Source: Candidatus Saccharimonadota bacterium
GTDB lineage: Bacteria > Patescibacteriota > Saccharimonadia > Saccharimonadales > UBA4665
Assembly (NCBI GenBank): GCA_028289245.1
Contig: JAQGGT010000006.1
Span: 144,948 to 208,947 of the forward strand
Length of the DNA: 64,000 bases
Reading direction: 5' to 3'
Shown here piece after piece: positions 28,923-39,188 of the stretch. The notes under the pieces are model-generated. The model made no database searches. It had not been told where the DNA came from and saw nothing but the letters and a program-made list of their open reading frames with translations. The position numbers and the translations under genes were made by a program. Each line of letters starts with the position of its first letter. Position 1 is the first letter of the stretch.

Positions 28923-30466
28923 TGGCTTCGCTGATCTCGGTGATTATTGCCTTCTCGCTGTTTGCTGCCGCTGGTATCCAAGTGGCACTAACAAACTTCC
29001 AGGTCGTCGGCCGGGCAGTTGATAGTCAGCAGGCCTTTAATGTCGCCGAGGCTGGCCTAAATTATTATTTGTGGCACCTCAACCACAACTCGACGGACTA
29101 TAAAGATGGCACCAGCGTCACCACGCAAGACCCGTCACTCGGCTACGGGCCCTTTACCCACAATTACATTAATAAGGATGGCCAAACTGCGGGAAGTTAT
29201 AGTATTTACGTCAAGCCGCCGGTCACCGGCTCAACGGTAGTGACGGTGCGATCTGTCGGCGTAGCCGGCGGCAGCAAACTTAAGCGAACCGTGCAGGCCC
29301 AAATCGGCTCGCCGTCCTTTGCTAACTACGGCGTGGTGTCCGATTCGGCGCTGTGGTTCGGTAATACCGAGACGGCCGACGGCCCGGTGCACTCTAACCA
29401 GGGTATTCGCATGGATGGCACAAACACCTCCACCGTGAGTAGCGGCAGTGCTACCTACACGCCGCCTGGCAGCCTCGGCGGTGACGGCGCGGTCCACAAC
29501 GGCGTCTGGTGCAACACAGGCGTCACGACGCCAATCAACTGTGTCAGCCGTCCCAAAACCAACTGGGTGTATCCGGTGACGGCCGTCGATTTCAACCAAG
29601 TCTCGACCAGCCTGTGTACCATCAAAAAAATCGCCTTTGCCGCCAATAGTGCTACCGCCTCCTTGGCCACCCAAAGTAATGCCTGCACCCAAGTGCCCAC
29701 CACCCGCACCAGTAGCTATCTGCCGCAACGCAGCGCAACCTACAACCTATCGCGCGGCTATCTGATACAGCTCAACACCAACGGCACCTACGACCTCTAC
29801 AACGTCAATGGCGAAACCGACACCAACACTACCTATAGCACCTCGCTCAGTCTCACCGCGGTAGCTACCGGCATCAGCATTCCGGCCTCGGGGGTAATTT
29901 ATGCCGAGGACAACGTCTGGGTCCGCAGTAACCCGACCTACCACGGCCGCGTCACCATTGCCGCCGGTAAGCTAGCCAGCACCAACACCAGCAACTATGC
30001 CAACATCGTTCTGGCCGATCAGTTGCTGTATACCACCAAAAACGGTACCGACGCTGTTGGCTTAATTGCACAGGATTCGGTCATCTTGGCGCCGTATGCC
30101 CCGCCGCGCACCGGAGCCTTCAACTTCGAGGTTGACGCCGCCGTGCTGTCGCAGACCGGTGAGGTTTGGTACCCCGGCACCTATCGGTCGGATACTAACC
30201 GGTGTACGCGCGGCTGGTCAGCCTCTAATCAGACGTTCTTATTCTATGGATCGGTGGCAGCGCGCCAGACCTGGACTTGGTCTTGGCTATTCGGCGCCAG
30301 CGCGTGCGGTGACGCGGCCTTCTTGTCCGGCACTGGCTACGTTGGTGGCCTGGTTAATAACACCTCAGAGTACGACTACAACTTGCGCTATAGTCCGCCG
30401 CCCAGTTACCCGCTGACCGCCGGCTACAACATCCTCTCCTGGCGCGAAGTCCTTACTAAACCGTAG
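28919..30466 (+). CDS. PilX-like minor pilin
   Basis: QAFNVAEAGL, GPVHSN, YDYNL..PPP, SWRE; ATGA-coupled to the pilW-like gene. Confidence 0.82.
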   Translation: MMASLISVIIAFSLFAAAGIQVALTNFQVVGRAVDSQQAFNVAEAGLNYYLWHLNHNSTDYKDGTSVTTQDPSLGYGPFTHNYINKDGQTAGSYSIYVKPPVTGSTVVTVRSVGVAGGSKLKRTVQAQIGSPSFANYGVVSDSALWFGNTETADGPVHSNQGIRMDGTNTSTVSSGSATYTPPGSLGGDGAVHNGVWCNTGVTTPINCVSRPKTNWVYPVTAVDFNQVSTSLCTIKKIAFAANSATASLATQSNACTQVPTTRTSSYLPQRSATYNLSRGYLIQLNTNGTYDLYNVNGETDTNTTYSTSLSLTAVATGISIPASGVIYAEDNVWVRSNPTYHGRVTIAAGKLASTNTSNYANIVLADQLLYTTKNGTDAVGLIAQDSVILAPYAPPRTGAFNFEVDAAVLSQTGEVWYPGTYRSDTNRCTRGWSASNQTFLFYGSVAARQTWTWSWLFGASACGDAAFLSGTGYVGGLVNNTSEYDYNLRYSPPPSYPLTAGYNILSWREVLTKP

Positions 30467-30510
30467 CCGCGGCTCTAGCCATGCCTAACGGATTGTTTTA
30501 TACTGTGGCC

Positions 30511-30843
30511 ATGGCAGATACGCTCAACACGACGCAATCTTCAGGCGGTACGCAAACAAGTACAGCAACTCCTCAACTAAACTCCCAGAATACGGGCGTG
30601 CAATCGGCGCAAGGCCCGACGGCTCTTGACGGTTCGGCTCAGAAGAACACCGCTGTACCGGTCCAGAGCACTAGTGGCCAGCCGACGACGCTCAGCGCGA
30701 CCAGCACGGCGACGGCCAAGCCTACTACTACTCACCAACACCACACGAATTACGGTTTGAGCGCGATTTCCGTCTTATTGTTCCTCACCGCGGTCGTACT
30801 TTTTATCAGTACTTTCCGCTCATCAAAAAATACAACGAACTAA
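30511..30843 (+). CDS. Thr/Ser/Gln-rich protein with C-terminal TM
   Basis: Low-complexity region followed by a hydrophobic anchor. Confidence 0.6.
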   Translation: MADTLNTTQSSGGTQTSTATPQLNSQNTGVQSAQGPTALDGSAQKNTAVPVQSTSGQPTTLSATSTATAKPTTTHQHHTNYGLSAISVLLFLTAVVLFISTFRSSKNTTN

Positions 30844-31021
30844 CTGTTCCACGCTTGTGGCAAGTGGTAAGTCTAGCTTATTATTGAGGTAAGGTCACAA
30901 AAGCCGATGTAAACGCCCAGCCGTTATATTTGACAAAAAATCAAAAATGTGTATAATAAAATATGTTAGTGATCACAAACAAACATTACAAAAATAAAAT
31001 AATTATTAAGGAACCCACTAC

Positions 31022-31111
31022 ATGAAAACTAGCAACGGCTTAACGTTCGAACTTTCGAACACTTCAAATGAAGGTCTTCTTCGCATCGACCGATGGTTGA
31101 AGAAACTGTAA
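31022..31111 (+). CDS. putative 29-aa peptide in its own transcription unit
   Basis: TTGACA(30930)-16 nt-TATAAT(30952), AAGGA RBS, MKTSNGLTFELSNTSNEGLLRIDRWLKKL, terminator downstream. Confidence 0.5.
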   Translation: MKTSNGLTFELSNTSNEGLLRIDRWLKKL

Positions 31112-31131
31112 GATCGGCTTACGTGCATAAA

Positions 31132-31158
31132 GCCCGGCTTCGGCCGGGCATTTTCTTT
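31132..31158. terminator. intrinsic terminator, possibly bidirectional
   Basis: GCCCGGC-TTCG-GCCGGGC-ATTTTCTTT. Confidence 0.8.
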
Positions 31159-31166
31159 GGGCAAAA

Positions 31167-31808
31167 CTAGAACAGATGTTTGAAGCGGTCTTTGATGGTA
31201 ACTTCGTGGTCCCCGGTGTTGCAAGAAGCAGGGTCGGCGCTTTCGTCGTAGTGTTTGGCTTTGTTGCCAATAGTGGCGGCTTCGGTTTTTAGGCTGGCGT
31301 TGCTAACATCGCCGTAGCTAACGAGTAACTGGCTTTGATCTTTGATGACCATATTGGCGATAGTACCCAGGCCAGTGTAGTCCTGACCGTTGATCAAAAT
31401 ATGCAGCTGATCGTTGCCGTTATTGCGATACATCGTACCATCGGCAGTTTCGATGAAGTCGGGGCCGATTACCCAGCGTAGATTCTCAAAGAATTGCCCC
31501 CAGGTCACCGCGCTATCGTGGACGTGCACCACCGAGTTGACCTCATCGTGCATGTGAGCCCGCTGCTGTGGGATGGTGATGCCATCGCCGCTGCTACAGA
31601 TGGCAACCTCTTCGTAGTACTTAGGATCTTTAAACTCCTCACGTTTGCCGTTTAAGTACACCGCAAAGTTGGCGTGGTAGTGGGTGCTTTTAGGGACGCT
31701 GTAAGTGGCAAAGCGGATTACCAAGACGAGCAGGACACCAAGTACTAAGCCTAGCCCAAACAACACCACTGGGTGCTTAAATTTGCGTCTGACATACAAA
31801 ATATCCAT
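31167..31808 (-). CDS. membrane-anchored hypothetical protein with His-rich motifs
   Basis: TM, then HYHANF, AHMHD..VVHVH, TWGQFF. Confidence 0.7.
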   Translation of the reverse strand: MDILYVRRKFKHPVVLFGLGLVLGVLLVLVIRFATYSVPKSTHYHANFAVYLNGKREEFKDPKYYEEVAICSSGDGITIPQQRAHMHDEVNSVVHVHDSAVTWGQFFENLRWVIGPDFIETADGTMYRNNGNDQLHILINGQDYTGLGTIANMVIKDQSQLLVSYGDVSNASLKTEAATIGNKAKHYDESADPASCNTGDHEVTIKDRFKHLF

Positions 31809-31889
31809 TGCCTTTATAATAGCTTGTTTTAGCCGGCTGGGCCATGGCCGACCTGGACAAAACCAAGCGTTAACGGTATGATTATAGTA

Positions 31890-33247
31890 ATGGGAAATGA
31901 AGCGTATCCAGAGGTGGTGGCTCCGGAGATTGATCCGGCGGTTCAAGCTGAGATCGATCGCACTGGTGGTGAGGCGCACTATATTGCCACCATGGGACTT
32001 GGAGCTGACCAACTAGCGACTGAAGTCGGTTTTGGAGATTTTCGGGGTCCGCTGATTGCGGCATTAGCTGATGATAAATGTCCAGTCAAAGATATGCTCA
32101 TCGAAGGCTTTCAAGTCAACGGCGTAGAAGGTGCTCAAGAAAAACTTAACTTGCTAAGTATGTTAGCAGGCAATACTACCAATGCCCAGGGCGAAACTAT
32201 TAAAAAGTTTGAAGTGACCATAAACGAGCGTACGCGCGAACTCGTAAAAAAAAAGATCTGGCTGAACCCCAGCCTAGTGTCACCGAGATAGTAGTTGCTA
32301 GCGACGAGCTTACAAAAAAAGCTCAACACGTTAAGGATATATCAAAGCCGCTTGGGCTACCACTTAAGCAGGAAGAGCGGCCGCTAAAGCCAGTGGTCGA
32401 GCGGCCGTTGCTGGAGCTCGTTGAACCGGTCCTATTGTACCCCTCCACAGAAGTAGTAGCGACTCAATCCGTGGCTACAGCGCTCGAAGAATTACCTGTA
32501 ATCACAAAGAACACCGACCGTATAGTGACCAAAGCGATGCCAATACGACCTGCGCCGACCACTCCTGTCGAAACAGAATCAGCGATTGTGGCGGTACAGA
32601 GCTCCGTAAAGGCCACGCCCTCTGAGTATCCGGTCATGGCACTCGCTGAGCCGCCACCCACCGAACTTGTCGAGCCGCGGATGCGACCGGTAGTAGTTGA
32701 GGCCACCGAATTAATGCCAGCGGAAGTAGAGGTGGCCGGGCACAAAGTAGTCGCATTGCAAGAGCTAGTGGTACCAGTTAACGCCGCAGCAGTCGAACTG
32801 CTGAGCCCGGTGCGACATGCCGAAGTAGAGGCCGCCATCGAATCAATGGCCGAAGTTGGTGAGGCGGTTGCCGAACGGCTGGAAGTGTTTAAGGCAATCG
32901 CGCCGGCCGAAGCAATCCAAGCCGTCGAGCAGCTCAAATTGCAGATCGTACAGGCTATACAGCGGTTAGAAGTTATCCAGGGTGGCGTCCCAGCCGAACA
33001 ATACGAGGCAAGCATGATCAAACAAGTCGTTGAGGAGTGGTGCGTGCAGGTTTTACTGGCCCTGGAACTTGAGCCGACACCTCAGGCAGTAGCCGCAGTG
33101 CTAGCCCAATTGCTCGACGAAGGTACCCATGAGCAAAAAGCCTTTGATTTTAGTGCTCAACTGCGGGCGGCTAGCGACAGCATCCAACGCTGGGCTCATT
33201 CACAGCACTGGGCCGGCGGCTTGGCGGTGCAGCAGCTCGCAACGTAG
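31890..33247 (+). CDS. hypothetical protein split by a -1 frameshift at A9G (32246-32255); ORF1 stops at 32291
   Basis: In-frame A_AAA_AAG; -1 frame open from 32213 to 33247; no clear RBS seen for ORF2. Confidence 0.6.
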
Positions 33248-33253
33248 CGGGGG

Positions 33254-33862
33254 CTAGGCACCAAACGATCGGCCAAAGTAGTACCAAAAATGGTGCAGAA
33301 TCGCCACCACAATGATGAGCAGCCAAGCTACTAGGATATCGCCGTGATGTCGGCGGACAAAACGGGCCAGGCCAGCTAACTTTTTGGGTGTGGGCAGGGC
33401 GCCGGCTTGCAAATTGTACAGTGTAAGGTACCAAAAGCCGGTGATAGTCACGGCCCAGACGCCCATGCAATACGGGCAGAGGGCGTGGATGCGGTAGACG
33501 CTTTCAAAAAATAGCCAGTGTACAAAGACGAGTCCCAGGAAGAAGCCGGCATTGAACACCAGCCAAAACCAGCGCTTGAAGGTGGCGCCGGCCAGCATGG
33601 CTACGCCGACGGTCAGCACCATCGGGAAGGCCGCCAAACCGATAAACGAGTTCGGGAAGCCAAAAACGTGCGACTGTTTGGACTGCATGACCGAGCCGCA
33701 GCTAATAATCGGGTTGATACTGCAGGCCGGATGGTAGCTGGGATCCTGTAATAATTTGATTTTCTCGTCAGTGATGACAAAGGCAGCGATTAAGCCGATA
33801 ACACCAACTACGATCAACAGATAAGGTAGCAATTGTGGCAGGCTGGTCTTTAGATGTTTCAC
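33254..33862 (-). CDS. vitamin K epoxide reductase-family protein
   Basis: CSINPIISCGSVMQS, FGFPN, CPYC. Confidence 0.95.
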   Translation of the reverse strand: MKHLKTSLPQLLPYLLIVVGVIGLIAAFVITDEKIKLLQDPSYHPACSINPIISCGSVMQSKQSHVFGFPNSFIGLAAFPMVLTVGVAMLAGATFKRWFWLVFNAGFFLGLVFVHWLFFESVYRIHALCPYCMGVWAVTITGFWYLTLYNLQAGALPTPKKLAGLARFVRRHHGDILVAWLLIIVVAILHHFWYYFGRSFGA

Positions 33863-34070
33863 TGGCGTTGATTATACTACGCCGGATGGTAAGCCAGCTG
33901 AGAAAGCCCTAGCCTCGTATGCGGCACAGGGGTTGAAGGCCAACAGGGGTAAAAAAATCAAAAGCATATTGTAAAACTAAGCAAACTATGCTATAATTAG
34001 CTTGTATCAGTTAGTACCTTCCCGCTACTTCCAATCACCCACCCAACTGATGTGATAGAGAGGAAAAAAC

Positions 34071-35087
34071 GTGAGAGCACGCGCCGCAGTTTTTGTGGTC
34101 GCTGTGCTGGGTATTCTTGCTCCAGCAACCGCCGCTAAGGCAGATGCTGACAGCACCATCAACGATGTGGTAACGGCCCTCCAAGCCTCGCCTGTCGATG
34201 TGGTTCAAGGAAGCCCCAACACGTCTGCAACGCTCGTCAACCAGCTAAACAGTGGTGATCATATTGCCATTGTGATGTTGCCGGCAGACCGCGTCGCAGA
34301 TATCACCGACCCGCAAAGCTTCGTCGCACGTCTGGACGATGCTACCGGACACCAGTACATCATCGGTCTGACGATCGGTGATAAAGCGCAGGTGGCCAGC
34401 TCAACGCTTCTACCGAGCGGTCAAGCCTCGGACCTTATGGACCGGGCTCACAACGTGTCGGTAGACCCTACGGAGACCATGGTATCGTTCATTCAGAACG
34501 TCCATCGGTATGAAGCCCAGCACCCCATTCCGGTTACCGCTATGCCAGTATCTTCGGGTAGTGGCGTGAACGGCACCGCATATGTGGTCGTCGGCCTGGT
34601 TGCCTTCGTTGGTGTTGCGGCTATTGGTTCGATGCTAGTTCGTCGCAAGCGAAAGTCACGCCCGATTGCGCATCCGCAACCCGATGTGCGCTTTAGGCCC
34701 ACGACACCGACCGCCATTGCCACGGTGCTGCGAAGCATTTTGGCTCACGGAAGGCTCATCGAGGACGCTGATCTGCGGGCTTCGATCACTCAGCTTGTTC
34801 GAGATGTTGACCGCGATTTTGAGGTCAGCAACATCGACAATGCAGGGGCGGACATGTTCGGCAACAAGCTCAAGGATATCAACGATGTTCTTGAGGGTTA
34901 CGTCGAAGTGCAAAATCAGCCACGTGAGTACGGTTCAGCCGTTCCAGAACTGCTTCGGCAGGGTAAGGCGGCGGTAGAAAGCTTCGGCAGGGTCGTTTTG
35001 GAGGATATCCAGAGCACCAACCAGGCCAAGCTGATTCCGTACAACGTCAACACCGAACTCCTGCAGCAGAAGCGCCAGATCCACTGA
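34071..35087 (+). CDS. signal peptide, TPM-like domain, TM and helical (XpaC-like) cytoplasmic domain
   Basis: Sec signal AKA|D; TM near aa 170-190; helical tail with DVLEGYVEVQNQP. Confidence 0.55.
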   Translation: MRARAAVFVVAVLGILAPATAAKADADSTINDVVTALQASPVDVVQGSPNTSATLVNQLNSGDHIAIVMLPADRVADITDPQSFVARLDDATGHQYIIGLTIGDKAQVASSTLLPSGQASDLMDRAHNVSVDPTETMVSFIQNVHRYEAQHPIPVTAMPVSSGSGVNGTAYVVVGLVAFVGVAAIGSMLVRRKRKSRPIAHPQPDVRFRPTTPTAIATVLRSILAHGRLIEDADLRASITQLVRDVDRDFEVSNIDNAGADMFGNKLKDINDVLEGYVEVQNQPREYGSAVPELLRQGKAAVESFGRVVLEDIQSTNQAKLIPYNVNTELLQQKRQIH

Positions 35088-35143
35088 TGGCGTCGTACGG
35101 CAAGGCATACTCCCATCCCAACCCTCATCCAACAGGAGAGTAC

Positions 35144-36166
35144 GTGAGGAACACCAAGCTCAAGAAGCGCAAGTCCACCCGCAATGGAAAGACGGTTCTG
35201 ACCATCTTGGCCCTGGTGTCGCTGATGCTCGGCGCGCTGACGGCCTGCAACGACAACGCTGCTACGCCCTCCGCCATGTGCGGGTTCGTCATCGGCGATG
35301 GGCAGAACGGGCACGACACCAAGCTGCACCGGGTGGTCTACCCCGACCAGAACCCGAACCTGAAGAGCAGCGAGGACATCAAGTACGTCCCGTGCAACAC
35401 GCGGAACTACATCATCAACGACGGGACCGAGAAGAACGCCAACGGCGATTTGGTCGGTGACCGGCACACGCTTACCAAGGCGTACACCAGTACCGGCACT
35501 CCCGTCTGGGTGTGGAGCAGCTCCAGCTGGACCCTGAACCAGGACCCGGCGGCGCTGAGCAACTTCTACCAGTTCTGCTTCAAGTACGACTGTGCCACCA
35601 GTGACTCGAAAGCGAGCGGTGCGAACTTCGCATCGAAGGGCTGGAACGGCATGCTCGGCGAGAACTTCGGCCCGGCGACGGACCAGGTGGCTCTTCTGTC
35701 GGTGCAGACGGTGGACGACACGGTCTGGCAGAAGCACGACGCGACGAAGTACGCCGGAATCGCCACGGCGATGTCGGACAACTTCCAGAAGGTCATGCAG
35801 AACAAGACTGGCTACGACACGGACCTGTTCTGTGGTGCCGGCTCGGCCTGGAAGGACCCGGCCAACCCTGGCAGCAAGGACAACACGTTCAACTGCAAGA
35901 AGGTCCGGTTCGAGGTCGAGCGCGTCGAGGCGGTCAATGACACCCAGGCCAACGCGGCCGTACAGGCGTCGATCGCCGATCAGCAGAAAGACACGAACAC
36001 CAAGCGGGCGGCGGCTGCGCAGGAGCTCTACGGCAGTGAGACCAACTACTGGCTCGGTGTCATGGACGCCATCAACGCCTGCAAGGCTGCTGGCTCCAGC
36101 TGCGTGCTGAGCATTGGTGGAAACGGGGCCCCCGCGGTCTCCGTACCCGCTGCCGGCGGCAAGTAG
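35144..36166 (+). CDS. lipoprotein, possibly SPFH/band-7-like
   Basis: AGGAGAG RBS + GTG; basic N-terminus, lipobox ALTAC; WNGMLGENF; very high GC at third codon positions. Confidence 0.6.
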   Translation: MRNTKLKKRKSTRNGKTVLTILALVSLMLGALTACNDNAATPSAMCGFVIGDGQNGHDTKLHRVVYPDQNPNLKSSEDIKYVPCNTRNYIINDGTEKNANGDLVGDRHTLTKAYTSTGTPVWVWSSSSWTLNQDPAALSNFYQFCFKYDCATSDSKASGANFASKGWNGMLGENFGPATDQVALLSVQTVDDTVWQKHDATKYAGIATAMSDNFQKVMQNKTGYDTDLFCGAGSAWKDPANPGSKDNTFNCKKVRFEVERVEAVNDTQANAAVQASIADQQKDTNTKRAAAAQELYGSETNYWLGVMDAINACKAAGSSCVLSIGGNGAPAVSVPAAGGK

Positions 36167-36275
36167 CTCTCACAACTGCCCGACCGCAAGGTTGAGCAAA
36201 ATTCTATCGTGTGAATAGATTGTTCCGCTTCACGGCGAGAATCACACTGGTTTCGGGAGATAGCCATTAACTCCT

Positions 36276-36331
36276 ACGGAGGATACAAGTGTTAATCGCA
36301 TTCGCGATTGCAAAACACCTGTATCTTCCGT
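36276..36331. other. long imperfect hairpin between convergent genes
   Basis: ACGGAGGATACAAGTGTT / AACACCTGTATCTTCCGT with inner stem AATCGC-ATTC-GCGATT. Confidence 0.6.
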
Positions 36332-36388
36332 CTACTCCATAGATTTTCCAAAGCTATGCTGATGAGTCGTGAACGACGAAAGTAGAAC

Positions 36389-37177
36389 CTAATGGGCGAG
36401 GGGGTGCTCGGCGAGCAGCCAAAGGTTTTCGAACAAAACGCTGAGCGTGCCGACGATTTCTTCGGATTCGACGATGACGGCGGTTTGGCGGCTGTGTGAG
36501 GTGATAAACAAGGCCTTGTTATCGAATAAAATAACTACCGACTTAAACTGCTTACTAAACTCTGGCGCCAGGTAGCGCGGCTTGCGCATCAGTAAATCTT
36601 CGAGTGATAAATTCGGCGTGACGGCCGGGTCTTTTTCCCAGAGGGTGCGGGCTTTAATCTGACGCTCGCGGCGGGTTTGCATGAAGTAGTGCGAATAGTC
36701 AGCGTCGACCTGCGAGAAGAAGTTATCTTTAGGGGCGATAATTTTCCATTGACGGGAGCGGCAGTACAACGCTTTTTCGACGGCCTGTTTAATACCTTCC
36801 AAGCCTTGGTATTTTTCGACGTGGGTGTCGCCAAGGTTTTCGGCTGGTGACACGGGAAAGAGGTGGCTGAGCTCGGTGAGCTGCTGTTTTTGGCGTTCTA
36901 GCTGAACTTCGCGCAGGCTGAGCGTGTGGGCCAGATCGCTCGCACTGGTCATGGTATAGACTAAGCGGCCTTGCTGCCTGGCTTCGGTACAAAAACCTTT
37001 TTGCTTGAGCGTGCCAAGGGCGTGGTATGCCGTAGTGCGGTTGATGCCGGTCTTCTCGACTAGCCAACCAACGCTGGCTTCGGCCGATTCCAGGCCGCAT
37101 AAATAGAGCTGCTGCTCGGTGTCCGTCAGCCCAAGTTCGTTGAGAAAATTAGTAATTTTATAATCTACTGTCGACAT
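36389..37177 (-). CDS. TrmB-like HTH regulator
   Basis: LGLTDTEQQLY, GINRTTAYHAL..L..KG, YQGLEGIK, C-terminal FENLW. Confidence 0.85.
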   Translation of the reverse strand: MSTVDYKITNFLNELGLTDTEQQLYLCGLESAEASVGWLVEKTGINRTTAYHALGTLKQKGFCTEARQQGRLVYTMTSASDLAHTLSLREVQLERQKQQLTELSHLFPVSPAENLGDTHVEKYQGLEGIKQAVEKALYCRSRQWKIIAPKDNFFSQVDADYSHYFMQTRRERQIKARTLWEKDPAVTPNLSLEDLLMRKPRYLAPEFSKQFKSVVILFDNKALFITSHSRQTAVIVESEEIVGTLSVLFENLWLLAEHPLAH

Positions 37178-37262
37178 ATATAACAGATACAAATTATACT
37201 CTGTTTATATGAGATTGTAAACAGCTATGGTATTTTTGCAGCTATTTTTTATAGTGAGGGGT

Positions 37263-38477
37263 ATGAACAGACATCCCAACTATTACCCAGAAGAACCGTA
37301 TCACCTGCCAGAAACTGAACCACTGCCGCTTGCCGAAGCTCGTTTTATGGACCGCCTGGAGCCGCAGTATGAGGAACTGTGGGGTGAGCTGCTCGACAGT
37401 GTCGAAGCCCAGGGCAAACCCGTCAACTCCTTGCTCGTCCCGGTTTGGGCAAGCCCAGAGTTTCCTCAGTCTTTCCGTGATCGGGCCATGCTGTACGTTG
37501 TCGGCAGCGGTCCTCTTATCCAGGCCATGCGTCCTAACGCGAAGCGACTTTTTACGGGCTCTATTCTAGTCGGTGGCATTGATATTAATTATCTGTCCCA
37601 GACATCTGCCTTTACGCCCGCGGCTTTTGCAGCTTGGCTACGCCAAGCCGTAGACTACCAGACAGCCAGTGGTGAAGCCTTGTTCGGTGACGGTGCGATA
37701 CTAGGCTGGGCTAAGGACCTATATGAGGCCGAGGCCATTGATGCGCCCGAATTAGAGCGCTACATTACGAATGTTGACATCACCAAGGCGTCCCCGTGCC
37801 AAGACGACGATGGCTATGATCTGGAGCGCAATCGTTTCCCGATCCTGGCGGACGTGCTCAACTGGCGCCTCACAAAATCGACTACACAGCCGCGGGTGCA
37901 GCAGTGGGCGCTCGGCCGCCTGGAAGACTGGTTGGCCCTGCAGCGGGGTGCTGAGCGGGAGGTGCCGGATTGGGTTCGCAGCGCCACGGCTGAGCAAGGA
38001 CACCAGCTGTATAAAGACATAGCGGCGGCTTGTAGTTATGACCGTCTGCCTTGGCGGGCGGCGTGGCCGGGCATCGAGCACTATGGCTGGGAGCTGGTGA
38101 CAACTGACCAGCGCCTCGCCGTAGAGCTTGCCCAAAAGATGGATGATCCGGAGCTGCGAACTTCGCTGATCACGCATCTACTCATCAAGAACACGGCCGC
38201 GCGCCAAGTCGATACCGGAAAGCCGTATCTTTTTCAGGCCAAACAGCTGAGCTTTATGCGCCAAGCGCTTGGCGCTGCTGAGCCGCAACTGGCGGAGTAT
38301 CTGGACGTAGAAGAAAACATGCGAAGTGAGTACGACGCAGCCTATGAGCTTCGCCGCTTGGCCGACCAGCAACAGTGGCAAGAAGAGTTTCAGAACCGCC
38401 CCGAAGAGGTGGCTAAGCGCGCAGCAGCGACCCGGTTTGAAGGCTTACTACGGGTGATTGGCGAAATACAGAAGTGA
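37263..38477 (+). CDS. hypothetical helical protein
   Basis: About 400-aa ORF with Pro/Glu-rich N-terminus; no motif recognised. Confidence 0.6.
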   Translation: MNRHPNYYPEEPYHLPETEPLPLAEARFMDRLEPQYEELWGELLDSVEAQGKPVNSLLVPVWASPEFPQSFRDRAMLYVVGSGPLIQAMRPNAKRLFTGSILVGGIDINYLSQTSAFTPAAFAAWLRQAVDYQTASGEALFGDGAILGWAKDLYEAEAIDAPELERYITNVDITKASPCQDDDGYDLERNRFPILADVLNWRLTKSTTQPRVQQWALGRLEDWLALQRGAEREVPDWVRSATAEQGHQLYKDIAAACSYDRLPWRAAWPGIEHYGWELVTTDQRLAVELAQKMDDPELRTSLITHLLIKNTAARQVDTGKPYLFQAKQLSFMRQALGAAEPQLAEYLDVEENMRSEYDAAYELRRLADQQQWQEEFQNRPEEVAKRAAATRFEGLLRVIGEIQK

Positions 38478-38549
38478 TAAAAGAAATAGGCTAGTTGTTC
38501 GTCTTGCGACAGTGTCATAGCCAGGACACTTATGTGCACGCCACGGGGA

Positions 38550-39026
38550 TTACCCGCAACCCGAACCGCTCAAGGAGTGCATCCAGCGCATATCGAGCCC
38601 TGCCAACAGTAAGCCACCGAGACCGACGGTCAGGATAGCCAGGCCGTACATGAGGGGCAGGTAACGCTCATCGTCCTTGCTGAACAGCCCACTGATCCCG
38701 CCGCCAAACGTGCCGACGATGCCGATGGGGATGCCAAAGATAGCGCACATGCCAAATACGGCACTGACCAGCGCCAGCAGAAGTACGAACAATGAGGTAC
38801 CGACACCGGTGTTGCTGCAGTTCTGGACAATCGCGCCGGGCGTGTTGACACCAGACAGAGACTGCCAAGAATCCACCATGAAGCTGGTGATGCCGGTCCT
38901 GTCGTTGATCCACGAGATGGCCAAAGTCAGTAGTAGTAGCGGCCAAATCGACAGCATGATCATGACTAAGCGGCTGGCGAACATATATGAACCTCCTGCT
39001 AGCAAAAATGCTGCAAAAAAGAACAT
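38550..39026 (-). CDS. hypothetical membrane protein
   Basis: AGGAGG RBS; several TMs. Confidence 0.6.
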   Translation of the reverse strand: MFFFAAFLLAGGSYMFASRLVMIMLSIWPLLLLTLAISWINDRTGITSFMVDSWQSLSGVNTPGAIVQNCSNTGVGTSLFVLLLALVSAVFGMCAIFGIPIGIVGTFGGGISGLFSKDDERYLPLMYGLAILTVGLGGLLLAGLDMRWMHSLSGSGCG

Positions 39027-39188
39027 GATTCCTCCTAAGAACGGTAAGGGACGTATGCGCAGGCGCACATATGAGTGTATATAACCATAAAAGTGCTGAT
39101 AGAGCAAATATTGGCCGCAAGACTGTGGGCCCCTTATGCATGGCTTAGCATATCGCTCAAGCTAAAAACGTGTAGTTTGGAGGATTAT

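Noticed and set aside
32314..32321. Second A7G tract as the frameshift site
   Set aside because: It lies after the ORF1 stop, so it cannot join the two frames
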